Source of the DNA: Octopus sinensis
Lineage: Eukaryota
Length of the DNA stretch: 64,000 bases
Direction of reading: 5' to 3'
Assembly (NCBI RefSeq): GCF_006345805.1
Contig: NC_043005.1
Coordinates: 77,624,001-77,688,000, forward strand
Position 1 is the stretch's first letter. Each line of letters opens with the position of its first letter. Under the pieces are notes generated by a model. The model was given only the letters and a program-made list of their open reading frames with translations. It was not told where the DNA came from and made no database searches. Position numbers and translations under genes: made by a program. This document shows positions 16,323 through 29,012 of this stretch, piece after piece.

Positions 16323-17894
16323 TTACAAAATTGTTAAATCTGGTGACACAATACATCAAATCATCACATTAAGACACTCGAAGCTAGATAAACAGGATGG
16401 AAGTATAAACAACCTTATTTAAATTCGTTATACATGTTTCCCCACTGTGCAGCTCCAGGTTAACTGTGAGGGTGTAAATAAAATAGGGTTATATAAACAT
16501 CACAAAAATACAAACAGCTTCTTATTCATGTGTGTGTGTATGTGTGTGTTTGTGTGTGTTTGTGTGTGTTTGTGTTATATGTTGCCCTACTATGTGGCTC
16601 TGGATTATTAGCTAGGCTGGAGATAAATTAGTGTTACATAAGTAGCATGGAAATATAGGCATGTTATTTACATTTATATGTTATAGATGTTGTCACATTC
16701 ACTCCACATCAGTAGTAAAGTGGAAGAAAAACAATGATACATAAACAGCCTTGAAATATAAACAACCTTGCTATTTAAATTTTTATGTTGCCCCACAATG
16801 TAGCTCCAATTTAATAAAAGTGGATAAGAACCTGGCATTAACTGTAGAACTAGAAATGTAGATTACAGCATAAGATGCGTAGAAGATGCTTGTAAAGTCA
16901 TAAACATGACACGTAGAGGAGAGACATCTAGGAGCATTGTGGAAGGACTAAATGGACATTTGAGACAATATGACGACAAAAAACAGTCCTCCATACTCTA
17001 CAAACATGCCAAGAACCAACATGGAGGAAACCTGGGTCAAGAAAAATGAATATATAAATAGCAGGGCTGTGTTTATAACAAGGAAATATAGAACAAGGGT
17101 ACATTAACAACTAAGCAATATGAATATCAGGTGTCATATAAATAACAGGATTACATAAATAGCAGGGGGCAATATAAATAATTGGGATTATATAAATCCT
17201 TTCTACAATAGGCACAAGGCCTGAAATTTGGGGGAGGTGCTAGTCGATAATATCGACCTCAGTTTCACTGGTACTTATTAAATCAACCTCGAAAGGATAA
17301 AAGGCAAAGTTGACCCCAGAAGGCTGTACCAGGCTCCAGTCTGATCTGGCAGTGTTTCTACAGCTGGATGCCCTTCCTAACGCCAACTAGTCCGTGAGTG
17401 TAGTGGGTGCTTTATATGTGCTATGGGCACAGGTGCCAGGGGAGGCTGGCAGTGACCACAATCGGTTGGTGCTTTTTACATGCCATCGGCACAGAAGCCA
17501 GTCAAGGCCACGTTTGGATGGTGCTTTTTACGTGCCACCAGCACAGGTATCACAACTACAATTTCCATTTGATATTTATTTTGATGTTGATGTACTTGAC
17601 TCAATAGGTCCCCACAAGCACATCAGGTCACTTGCCACCGGCACAGAAGCCTTTCAAGGCAGCGCTGGCATCAGCCACGTTTGGATGGTGCTTTTTACAT
17701 GCCACCAGCACAGGTATCACAACTACAATTTCCATATACAATTTAAATTATTTTAGCTTGTTAAAAATCATCACCATCATCATGTAACGTCCATAGTCCA
17801 TGCTGGCATGGGCTGGACAGTTTGACCAGCTGGAGGGCTGCACCAGACTCCAGTCTGGTTTGGTATGGTTTCTATAGCTGGATGCCTTTCTTAA

Positions 17895-18084
17895 CACCAG
17901 CATCTAAACTATCAATATCCAACCCAAATATTCTACCTGTTTAATGTTAAAACTGACCAGATCTGGCCTCTCTGTCATTCTAAAAACAAACAATCTCTAA
18001 GCTACAAGATAATGCGTGATTAATTTTTTTTAAATGTGAATAAATAAGTATTGCATTTGACAGAATAATCTGAATGCCAAAGGG
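17895..18084. mobile_element. piggyBac-like MITE (degenerate)
   Basis: Homologous to 47408-47627; ends aaaggg|TTAA. Confidence 0.55.
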
Positions 18085-18577
18085 TTAAAATATAAAAAGT
18101 ACCTTGAGCAAGGTTTCAACGTTGTAAATTACAAATAAAATTGCAAACATCAGCTTCAATAAATTCATTTATCTTTTTAATTATCTTGTCTTTTTGTTTC
18201 CTTTATCTTATTTGTGATTTAAGTATTACCAAATTAGAAAATTACTATTTGTAAATCTCACAATGAGAGATATTCAGCAACAGTACTTTGTGGTAAAGAT
18301 AGTTTACCAACAGAACATAGCAGTCCTGATTTAGGACAAATGTTGCTGTAATTTAGCCCCAGGAGACATCGTCTCCAGTGAGCTATATGACATGATCTGT
18401 ATCCTTATATTTTCAAACAAGGGACTCTAGCACTCCCACTCAGCTCAAACAATATCTGTGTATTGTGATTTCTGGGTTATTTCTTTTCATCAGCACAATA
18501 ATTGTTAGGCTAGAGGTGGCGCTGCCAAACTCCCATTCAAAATATATAGTTTTCAAAATGACAACTAGTATATATAT

Positions 18578-18609
<32 letters not shown>

Positions 18610-18644
18610 TAGCCAAAATGATTGTTGAACTACCCTAATCAATA

Positions 18645-18783
18645 TATCACATCATTGACTCCTTCACCTGCACTTCTACCAATGTCATCTACTGCATCTC
18701 CTGCTCTCTCTGCCCTTCTCTATACATTGGGCAAATGGGACGCTGCTTGGCTGACCAGTTTGCAGAACACCTCTGAGACATCC
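18645..18783 (+). mobile_element. Penelope-like element GIY-YIG endonuclease fragment
   Basis: Manual translation YHIIDSFTCTSTNVIYCISCSLCPSLYIGQMGRCLADQFAEHL*DI (VIY..CxxC..YIG..EH). Confidence 0.85.
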
Positions 18784-18790
18784 AACTCAG

Positions 18791-19443
18791 ATTGTGACTT
18801 GTGACGAAAAATGGATTCTTTGTGACAACCATCGATGCTCAGCTCTGTGGTTGGACGCTGACAAAGCTCCACAGCACTTCTCAAAGCCAAAGTTGCACAA
18901 AAGAAGATCATGGTGATTGTTTGGTGGTCTGTGGCAAGTTTTATCCATCACAGCTCTTTTGATCCAGGTGAAACCATTATGGTGGAGAAGTACTGTCAGC
19001 AAATGGATGAAATGTGTAAGAAACTCCAACAACAGCCAGCATTGGTCAATAGAAAAGGACCAATTCTTCTCCACGACAACGCTCGGCAGCACATTCCATA
19101 ACTGACCCCTGCAGAAGTTGAACAAATTGGGCTACAAAACTGTGCCTCATCTGCCATACTCACCAGGTCTCTCGCCTACCGACTACCACTTTTTCAAGCA
19201 TACCGTCAACTTCCTGCATGAGAAATGCTTCAAAAACCAAGATGATGCTAAACACACCTTCAACGACTTCATCACCACCAGAATGCAGGATATTTACGCT
19301 ACTGGCATAAATAAACTTGTTTCACGTTCGCAAAAGTGTGTTGATTCTCATGTGTATTTCATTTAAAAAAGTTTTGTTTGAGCCAAGATATGTGCATCTG
19401 AATTTAAAGGTTAAAAACCGCAAGAACGTTCTTGACAACCTAA
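18791..19443 (+). mobile_element. Decayed mariner element, 3' half with right TIR
   Basis: DEKWI, MVIVWWS, ILLHDNARQH, HLPYSPGLSPTDYHFF motifs across frameshifts; ends ...ttgacaacctaa|TA. Confidence 0.9.
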
Positions 19444-20070
19444 TATGTATGTATGAATGTATGTATGAATGTATGTATGTATGTATGTATGTATGTACAT
19501 ACGTACGTGCATATGTATGTATGTATGTATGTATGTACATACATACGTATGTATGTATGTATGTATGTATGTATGTATGTATGTATGTATCATGTATGTA
19601 TATCTGTGTGTGTGTGTCTTGTTATCTGTGTTGGTGTGTTTGCATCCCCATAACTTACAGGTTTGCCAAAAGAAACTGATAAGAATTAGTACCAAGCTTA
19701 AAAAAGAAGCTCTAGTGTTGATTTTACAGTTCTATATGTAAATGTAAATAAATTATAATTAAGGGTATCTAAAACTTGACTCTAAAACCATATCAAATAT
19801 CAGTTTTTACTGATATATCTAGCATGGTGGTATCTTTTAGATACCCTTGATTATAATTTTGATAATAATAATTATTATCTATGAGGTTTTTATTCCCATG
19901 CTAGCCACTTGATATGATCGGTATTTTAAATAACAATCTTATCCTTTGTTTATGTAAATGTAAATAATGTAAATAATGTAGTGTTGATTTAGTCAACTAA
20001 AATTTCAAGGCAGGGCTCCAGCATGGCTGCAGTCTAATGACTGAAACAAGTAAAAGAATAAAGGATAAAA

Positions 20071-20103
<33 letters not shown>

Positions 20104-20421
20104 TGTGTGTGCGTCTGTGCATGTGTGTGCATCTGTGCATGTGTGTGTGTGTATGTATGCGTCTGCGTGTGTCAGTGTGTGTGTGAGTGCATGTGTGCGT
20201 CCCTGTGTGTGTATGTATGTGTGTGCATTTATGCCCATGTGTGTGTGTGTGTGTCTGTGTGTGTATGTGTGTGTGTTTGGGTGTGTGTGTGTGTTTGGGT
20301 GGATGTGGGTGTATACAGCAATGGGTGGACTAGACATGAGATGTTTCTTAGAGTAAAACAGGTTTATAATGGCCTTACTGGTCACAAGTTGACTTCCACC
20401 ATACAAGTATGTATATCTATC

Positions 20422-20458
<37 letters not shown>

Positions 20459-20829
20459 GTGTGTGTGTGTGTGTGCATGTGTGTATTTATAAATATATAT
20501 GTGTCTGTACACACACACAAATATATACACAGTGTTATAACCATTTGTTTTGTATATATCAGCAATATGCATCATCTGTTTTTTCTTTTTTTTTTCTTTT
20601 TAACATAAAATTGTAAAATGTGCATACTATTGCAGCAAATGCTGGTACATTTCTTGCTGCAAATCACTCAACCATGAAGTAGTAAATGGTACTTGAGAGT
20701 AATTGATGCATAGAGGTTAAAGCAAAGTTATATGCCTTCCCCACAGACAAAACACAGAAGCTGTAGTGATAGCAATTCCAATCAATATTATGGCAACATA
20801 TCAATAGAAGTCTACCACTGTTGTGGAGA

Positions 20830-20831
<2 letters not shown>

Positions 20832-20869
<38 letters not shown>

Positions 20870-20888
20870 GTTATTATTATTATTATTA

Positions 20889-20971
<83 letters not shown>
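20832..20971. repeat. (ATT)n microsatellite
   Basis: Direct reading. Confidence 0.95.
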
Positions 20972-20974
<3 letters not shown>

Positions 20975-21329
20975 GTAGCCTAATCAAAAGAAACAAAGCT
21001 GCACCCATGACTTTGGTGAGACCTGCAAAACTGGTGAAGCAGAGAGAGAGAGAGAAGAGAAAGCTCTTGCTTGTGTGTTGGTGCAGTAAAAAGTTCATCG
21101 CCATCGCCGTCATCCCCATCATCGTCATCATCATCATCATCAACCTCATGATCATCATCCTCTTCATTATCATCATCATCTTCGTTTCATGCTAGTATGT
21201 GTTGGACTGTCCAAGAGGAAGCAATGAGCCAGAGGGCAATGTCTACTTCAGCTGGGTTTACACAGCTTGATGCCCTTCATAATGTCAATATATCTAAATA
21301 CTATATATATATATATATATATATAAATG

Positions 21330-21660
21330 CACATGGCTCAGTGGTTACAGCGTCGATCTTATGATCGCAAGATTGTGAGTTTGAATCCTGGACCAGTCTG
21401 TGTGTTATGTTCTTGAGCAAGGCACTTTATTTCACGTTGCTCCAGTTCACTCAGCTGTATAAGTGAGTTGTAACGTCACAGGTGCCAAGCTGTATTGGCC
21501 TTTGCCTTTCCCTTGGATAACATTGGTGGCATAGAGAGGGGAGGCCGGTATGCATGGGCGACTGCTGGTCATCCATAAACAACCTTGCTCAGACTTGTGC
21601 CTCAGAGGGTAACTTCCTAGGTGCAATCCCATGGTCAGTGTCAGGACCAAAGGGGGTCTT
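21330..21660 (+). mobile_element. tRNA-derived SINE with CORE-like segment
   Basis: tggctcagtgg A-box, gagtttgaatcc B-box, then cttgagcaaggcacttt; related degenerate copy near 34405-34620. Confidence 0.65.
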
Positions 21661-22193
21661 AGAATATATATATATATATATAAATATATGACAGTGGCAA
21701 GCTGGCAGAAACGTTAGCACACCAGGTGAAATACTTAGGTGTATTTCGTCTGTCTTTGTGTTCTGAGTTCAAATTCCATCAACGTCAACTCTGCTTTACA
21801 TCATTATGGGGTTGATGAATTAAGTACCAGTTGTGTACTGGGGTTGATCTAATCAACTGGCCCCCTCCCCCAAAATTTTGGGCTTTGTATCTAGAGTAGA
21901 AAAGAATATATCAAAATACTGTGTTATCAATCCTTGGGGACCGGAAGCCTGATCTGAGCGGATGAGTCAGAAGACTGCACTGAGCTCCAACATCCTACTT
22001 CGATGTGGTTTGACATAGGGTGAATATCCTTCCTAATGCTTATTGCCTTTGGACTTATGAAGACAGTGTCATGGTGTTGGTGCTGGTGTTGATGCTGGTG
22101 CCTTAGTTTGCAGAACAACCAGCATTTTTATTCTTCTACTTGTTTCAGTCATTTGACTGCGGCCATGCTGGAGCACCGCCTTTTATTTATTAC

Positions 22194-22258
22194 CTCCCCA
22201 GCGGAGAATCGAACCCCGGTCTCCCGCGTGACAGGCGGGGATACTTACCACTATATAA
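22194..22258 (-). pseudogene. tRNA-Asp(GTC) pseudogene
   Basis: Minus strand matches metazoan tRNA-Asp from TATAGTGGTAAGTATCCCCGCCTGTCACGCGGGAGACCGGGGTTCGATTC to GGGGAG; 5' acceptor strand is missing or diverged; no oligo-T terminator. Confidence 0.8.
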
Positions 22259-23130
22259 CTAGCTGACCCTGTGCCATCAAAAATGATGGCTAATTGTAGT
22301 ATTTTATATATATAAATAAGGTACAAAGTAAGGTACATAATAATCACAGATACAAACATTCACATACTTCCCATGTACATGCACACACATACACACATAT
22401 ACTGAGTTGAAATGCTGTTTGATTTTTTTCCTTTTCAGCACTGAACTATCCCATTTCTATTGCACACACACAACACACACACACACACACACACACACAA
22501 CACACACACACAAACATTCATATACCTCCCTTTACATACTCACACATATACTCCCACAGAGTCGAAAGCAACATGAGATGATAAGAACACAACGCACAAC
22601 CTGATCCAGGAACTAAAACCGCAATCTTGCAAATGCAAGTGCAGCACCCAAACCACTAGACCATGCACCCATACACAGAGATACTTCATACAATATTCTA
22701 TACACTGTCTTAATGATAAAAAAAACAAGTGAGTAATAAGGTGAGCAAGTTTAAATCCTGTGTTGGAGTTTTATCACTGATCAAGAACCACCATTGCTCG
22801 TTCATGGTAACATTGCTCATAAATGCTTGAATGCTGTGAGACAGGTTTGCATGTATAATGTATTTTGCAGGAAGGTAATTCAATTAACAAACTACTGGGG
22901 TGTAAACTGTTTTGCTGCAATGATATAGTATACAATAGGATAGGCATAGTTTCGGTTGTAGTAGCACAGATTTCCGTCGATTTCCGTAAAAAACTTTTAC
23001 ATAAGTAATGAGAGCGAAAGAGACTAAGAGGAAGCGATTTTATGACGAGAAGGTTTCTCTTTGAAGTCGGCCTGTGTGTGTTTGATGGGGTGTGGGAGAC
23101 AGACAGTATGTTATTGATATATATATATAT
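22259..23130 (-). mobile_element. Possible non-autonomous Helitron-like element
   Basis: CTAG|T end on the minus strand near hairpin gccatca-aaaa-tgatggc; other end in a (TA)n run, so that boundary is uncertain. Confidence 0.4.
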
Positions 23131-23535
23131 ATATTGTGTGAGTGTGTGCTTCTGAGTGATTTAAAATTCAGATGGTATGATAAGTAACTAGTATTTAGAC
23201 CTCCGTGCATATTCCCATATGCCTGCATGGAAATCATGTATAAGAATCATAACGGATGTTATATTTTTGTTCATGAAATACATGTAAGATGGTGTTACTA
23301 AATATTTCATAAATAATCTCTCTTGCATTGCTTTGTTTATATATATATATATATACACACATGCATATAACACATATATATGTTTTATATATATCATCAT
23401 CGTTTAGCATCCGTTTTCCATGCTAGCATGGGTTGGACTATATATATATAAATATATATATGTGAATATTCATATATATATGTTATATATGTGTATGTTT
23501 GTGTGCATGTGTGTTTGTGTGTGTTTGTGTGTGTG

Positions 23536-23631
<96 letters not shown>

Positions 23632-24254
23632 ATATCACCATCATCATCGTCGTCATCATTTAGGGTCCATTTTCCATGCTGGCATGGATTGGATGGTTTG
23701 ACTGGATACTAGCAAGCCAGGAGGCCTCACCAAGCTCCAATCTGATCTGGCAATGTTTCTACAGCTGGATGCTCTTCCTAACGCCAACCACTCAGAATGT
23801 GTAGTGCATGTTTTTTATGTTCCACCAGCATGGGCCGACTGAAACTTTGTAATTGAATTTGGTAGGCGGACATTATTGCCATGTGTGTACATGTGTGTGT
23901 AAGTGCTTGTGCCTCTTGAAGAGTGGGGATATATATATATTATCATCATCATTATCATCATCATCATCATCATCATTTAACATCCGCTTTCCATGCTAGC
24001 ATGGGATGGACGATTTGACTGAGGACTGGCGAACCAGATGACTGCACCAGGCTCCAATCTGATCTGGCTGAGTTTCTACAGCTGGATGCCCTTCCTAACA
24101 CCAACCATATATATATATATATATAAATATATATATACACATATATATACACATATATATATATAGAAGAAATTTACAGAAAAACAAAAGATGAAGACAG
24201 GAGTATAAACAACAAGAAGGTGTATTGGTTTGACACTTGAGAAAGTGAGAAAGT

Positions 24255-24290
24255 CTTTTACATTTCGAGCCTATGCTCTTCAACAGAAAA
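24255..24290 (-). ncRNA. Degenerate minimal hammerhead-like motif
   Basis: Minus: tttt-CTGTTGA-a-gagc(atag)gctc-GAAA-tGTA-aaag; core has A6>U and lacks the ACGT palindrome. Confidence 0.4.
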
Positions 24291-24828
24291 AAACACAAGG
24301 AAATAAACAGAGAGAGAATGAAAAACTTGTGGATTTAGTGATCAATCATAGTGACTGGTTGGAAAAAGGTAATATATATATGAATATCATCATCATCATT
24401 TTTGTTTAAATGTTGACTTTCTCATGCTTGCATGAGTCAGACAGAATATGTTCAGGTAGATTTTCTTTAGAGTTCTTGTTGTCAACCCTCACCTGTTTTC
24501 AAGTGATGTAATACTTCTTTATACCTGGACATGTTTTCATAGAAGTTTAAAAATGAGAGACAACACTTTCTTGCATCTGTCACATGATATCAAAACAAGG
24601 AGACAGTAACACACAGATACATATACATATATATATATATATAATCCCCACAATTACCGAAAGCTGAACAGTTATCTCCCTTACCTACAATAATAACAAT
24701 AACAGCGACAACCAGTTACCTCCCTTTATTTATCTACTTGTGAAGTCATTCACTCGTGAATTTCATCACACACACATGGACAAAATTTCTTCTTAAGAAA
24801 AAATATATATTCAAATAAGTAAGACATA

Positions 24829-24863
24829 ATATCATGAATAGCGATAGCGAAACCGGTCGATAT
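24829..24863 (+). ncRNA. Minimal type-I hammerhead motif, A3-U8 variant
   Basis: atatc-ATGAATA-gc(gata)gc-GAAA-c-cg-GTC-gatat; 5-bp stem I; ACCGGT palindrome. Confidence 0.55.
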
Positions 24864-24915
24864 ATTAAAAATTATATTAAAACTATGTAAGTGTGCGTAT
24901 TTTCCTTTTTTAATT

Positions 24916-24989
<74 letters not shown>

Positions 24990-25769
24990 GTCTGTCCGTC
25001 TGTGTGTGTGTGTGTGTGTGTGTTGTGTGTGTGTGTGTGTATTCATAGAGATACATACAGTTACACATATGATGATTGCCTCATTTTGTCAGATGATATT
25101 CATCTTACATTCTGGCTCATTGTTCTGATTTACTTTCATCTTTGCATGTCTGCAGATATGAATTTGCAGGTTGCCAAGTATCCATCACCATTGGACTTTA
25201 TTGAATACAAAACAGATCAAGGAATGAAATGATAGTTCCGACATCTGTACATTGTGGGATTTAAGTGACAAAAGCTGGTGCAACACTTTTGCCACTCTTT
25301 CAGTCGCTATAGTAGGTTCCAGTGACAAGCATTGTAAGATGACTGGTAACTGTTTTGACTGCAAGTTTTATGTCAGAATATCTTTGTCCTAGAAGAGCTG
25401 CCTTCCCTATGACTTTGTCAAAAATAATGAGAGCCCTCTCTATCCCTTGAAAATCTATTTAACCCACAGCCCACAGACAGGGCCCTGACAAGTGCTACTA
25501 TTCCAAGTCAGAATGGACCAGGGAGTAAAAGTAATAAAGAGACGACTCCATACTCCCTACAACTCCAGAATTCCCAACCTGAAGTCTAACCACTGGAAGC
25601 AGTTTAATGTCATACACAGGCCATATATACATATATACACACATATATACATACATACATATGCATATATATGAATGTATCAGAGTATGATAGAAGTATT
25701 GAGTGATATTTAAGCCTTCTTTCACAAGTATGTAGTGGACATCCTAATCCTAATGTTTTGAAAGGATGC

Positions 25770-25822
<53 letters not shown>

Positions 25823-25849
25823 ATCACAAATCCAATAACATTGATGGCC

Positions 25850-26025
25850 ATATTAAGTCCAAGATCAAACACCCTAACAACATGAGTTCCTTCTCTCAGC
25901 TCATTTTCCAACTCAAGACTATGACAGAAGAATCCAACTTAAACACAAACTTCTACAAGAAAGCAGCCAGTGAGGATCAGTTTGTGCACTATCAATCAGC
26001 CTCTCTCACTGGAGTCAAAGCCATC
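25850..26025 (+). mobile_element. Penelope-like RT C-terminal fragment
   Basis: LNTNFYKKAASEDQFVHYQSASLTGVK resembles the PLE T..Y.K....HF.S..P...K region. Confidence 0.5.
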
Positions 26026-26027
26026 TA

Positions 26028-26233
26028 CAGTAATCACTCACCTTATCACGGTTCACCTATCATGCACTCATACATTATGGGTTTTTTCTGGTTAATACAT
26101 GTAAATTTATATCACAGGCTCCTCAGTATATCACGGGTTTCTGCAGCTGATTGGTATTTAGATTTTTTTAGATTTTAATCATTGCTGTAGGAGGTTCAAG
26201 AACATAACACTTGTGATAGCCAAGGGATTACTG
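26028..26233. mobile_element. Tigger/pogo-like MITE
   Basis: TA|cagtaatcac...gggattactg|TA. Confidence 0.7.
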
Positions 26234-26248
26234 TATATACAAACTGAA

Positions 26249-26452
26249 GCTGGCAGAAACGTTAGCACGCTGGGCGAAATGCTTAGCGTTCTGAGTTCAA
26301 ATTCCACCGAAGTCGACTTTGCCTTTCATCCTTTCAGGGTCGATAAATTAAGTACCAGTTATGCACTGGGGTCGATATAATTGACTTAATCCGTTTGTCT
26401 GTCCTTGTTTGTTCTCTCTGTGTTTAGCCCCTTAGTGGGTAGTAAAGAAATA
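26249..26452 (+). mobile_element. SINE family A with perfect 17-bp TSD
   Basis: TSD tgtatatacaaactgaa at 26232-26248 and 26453-26469. Confidence 0.9.
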
Positions 26453-27070
26453 TGTATATACAAACTGAAATTTCCTGGCTATGAAACAGGTGCAGTGAGG
26501 CAGCAGATAAAGCCTTGAACAGCAAGCAATTCCAAAAGTTTCTATTAAATAACAGCTAGCTCATCAGGGGTTAAGTGTTAGGGGAATGAGATGTGTGGAA
26601 TACATGACGATGAATGAGTTACAAGCAAGAACAGAATGCCTTTAGGACATTGTACTATGTTGTGATGGATGGAGCTTCACAAGGACAGCAAATCGCCAAT
26701 CATCTCAGTCCTTTGTCATCTTGTCATGCAGAAGAATAATAACCTAGTCCTTTATGAATTAAACAATCTAGTTATGAATTGTGAATTTAATAGATCCGGG
26801 TGTAAACATTTATATTGCTTTTAAGTAGGTCACTTCAAATGACCTCTCAGGCATAAAAGTCACTGTGAAAAGGTCAAATGAACACATCCGCCTGTTTCTA
26901 CACAACTCTTACAGCAAAAGATCAAATATCTGTCTTTGTATATGACACAAGGGCAGTGGTTCTTAGCCTGGGCATCAACACTCCATTGGGGATTTTGTGA
27001 GCTTAAAAGGGGTCTATGAGAATACTGAGTGTTTAAATGATTTGTGAGTTAAAAATTAGGTAGGTCTTTA

Positions 27071-27296
27071 CGGCGAGCTGGCAGAAACGTTAGCACGCCG
27101 GGTGAAATGCTTAGCGGTATTTCATCTGCGTTACGTTGTGAGTTCAAATTCCACCGAGGTCGACTTTGCCTTTCATCCTTTCGGGGTCGATAAATTAAGT
27201 ACCAGTTACGCACTGGAGTCGATGTAATCGACTTAATACCTATGTCTGTCCTTGTTTGTCCCCTCTGTGTTTAGCCCCTTGTGGGTAATAACGAAA
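27071..27296 (+). mobile_element. SINE family A with 14-bp TSD
   Basis: TSD taggtaggt(c/t)ttta at 27057-27070 and 27297-27310. Confidence 0.9.
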
Positions 27297-27320
27297 TAGG
27301 TAGGTTTTTAGTGGGATTTA

Positions 27321-27980
27321 CCATATTTGTACTGAAATACACTGCCTTTTCATGCCATATTTGTCCTGAAATTTACTGACTTTCCGTAACATATTTGTAC
27401 TGAAATACACTGCATTTCCATATCACATTTGTCCTGAAATACACTGCCTTTTCACACCATATTTGTCCTGAAATACACTGACTTTCCATACCATATTTGT
27501 ACTGAAATACACTGCATTTCCATATCATATTTGTCCTGAAATACACTGCCTTTTCACACCATATTTGTCCTGAAATACACTGACTTTCCATACCATATTT
27601 GTACTGAAATACACTGCATTTCCATATCATATTTGTCCTGAAATACACTGCCTTTTCACACCATATTTGTCCTGAAATACACTGACTTTCCATACCATAT
27701 TTGTCCTGAAATACACTGCATTTCCATATCATATTTGTCCTGAAATACACTGCCTTTTCACACCATATTTGTCCTGAAATACACTGACTTTCATACCATA
27801 TTGTACTGAAATACACTGCATTTCCATATCATATTTGTCCTGAAATACACTGCCTTTTCACACCATATTTGTCCTGAAATACACTGACTTTCCATACCAT
27901 ATTTGTACTGAAATACACTGCATTTCCATATCATATTTGTCCTGAAATACACTGCTTTTCCATAACATATTTCTTCTGAA
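27321..27980. repeat. 34-bp minisatellite with 102-bp trimeric higher-order repeat, ~19 monomers
   Basis: catatttgt(c/a)ctgaaatacactg plus cycling ccttttcacac / actttccatac / catttccatat. Confidence 0.93.
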
Positions 27981-28306
27981 AAATGTTGCCTTTTATTTCA
28001 ATTGGTTTTGAAAATAACAAAGAGTTTAATAAAATAATTTTGTTATCATTAACCTCAGGTTTGGAACATAAATTAATATGCAATCTTCAGGGAAGGTTTT
28101 AAGTTAGATCTCATAAAAAAAACTAAAAAAAAACATGAAGTTTGCAACACAGAACCAGTGTTGGTTTCAAATGGATCTCGGAGTGGTTGGCATTAGGAAG
28201 GGCATCCAGATCAGGCGCCAATATTCAGCACGACACAGAATGTGACAAGGCTGGCCCTTTGAAATAGAAGTACTACTCTTTTTTTCCCAGATGAGTGAAA
28301 TAAAGT

Positions 28307-28347
<41 letters not shown>

Positions 28348-28348
28348 C

Positions 28349-28390
<42 letters not shown>

Positions 28391-28408
28391 CATACATACA
28401 TACATACA

Positions 28409-28480
<72 letters not shown>

Positions 28481-28758
28481 CATATAAATACACACACACA
28501 TATATATACATATACACACACACACACATATATATATCATCATCATCATCATCATCATTTAGCGTCCGCTTTCCATGCTAGCATGGGTTGGACAGTTCAA
28601 CTGGGGTCTGTGAAGCTGGAAGGCTTCGTCAGGCCCAGTCAGATCTGTATACATACATATATATATATATATATGTAATTGTTAAACAGGACAGCAAACA
28701 TTAAGGCAAGGCAAACATCTCAAGTCATATGCAATATTATTATAGGAAGAAATTCAAA

Positions 28759-28819
28759 ATCTTTACAGCTGTTTCTGAGATATCCCCGAGTATAGGATAT
28801 TCCATCATCAGAAACAGAT
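28759..28819 (-). ncRNA. Type-I hammerhead ribozyme motif with canonical core
   Basis: Minus: atctgttt-CTGATGA-tggaatatcc...ggatatctca-GAAA-c-agct-GTA-aagat. Confidence 0.7.
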
Positions 28820-29012
28820 AGGGGAAAAATAGGGAAAATGAGAATGGTATATATTAATGAGATGATGACATAGAGGAAGGGAGTAAAAGAATAAAGAGAT
28901 GGAAAAAAAGAGGAAAAAAGAAGGATAAAAGTTCATAGTTCAACTTTCTGAAGTTATAGAAACCAAAGTGTAAGTCTTTAGGTGCAATCCTGCATAGATC
29001 CATGTGGGTTAT

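Noticed and set aside
22194-22265. Functional tRNA-Asp gene
   Set aside because: The acceptor stem cannot form and there is no Pol III terminator
27321-27980. CRISPR-like array or 147-aa repeat protein
   Set aside because: The variable parts are only 11 bp and recur every third unit; eukaryotic context with no cas genes; the ORF follows from the 102-bp period
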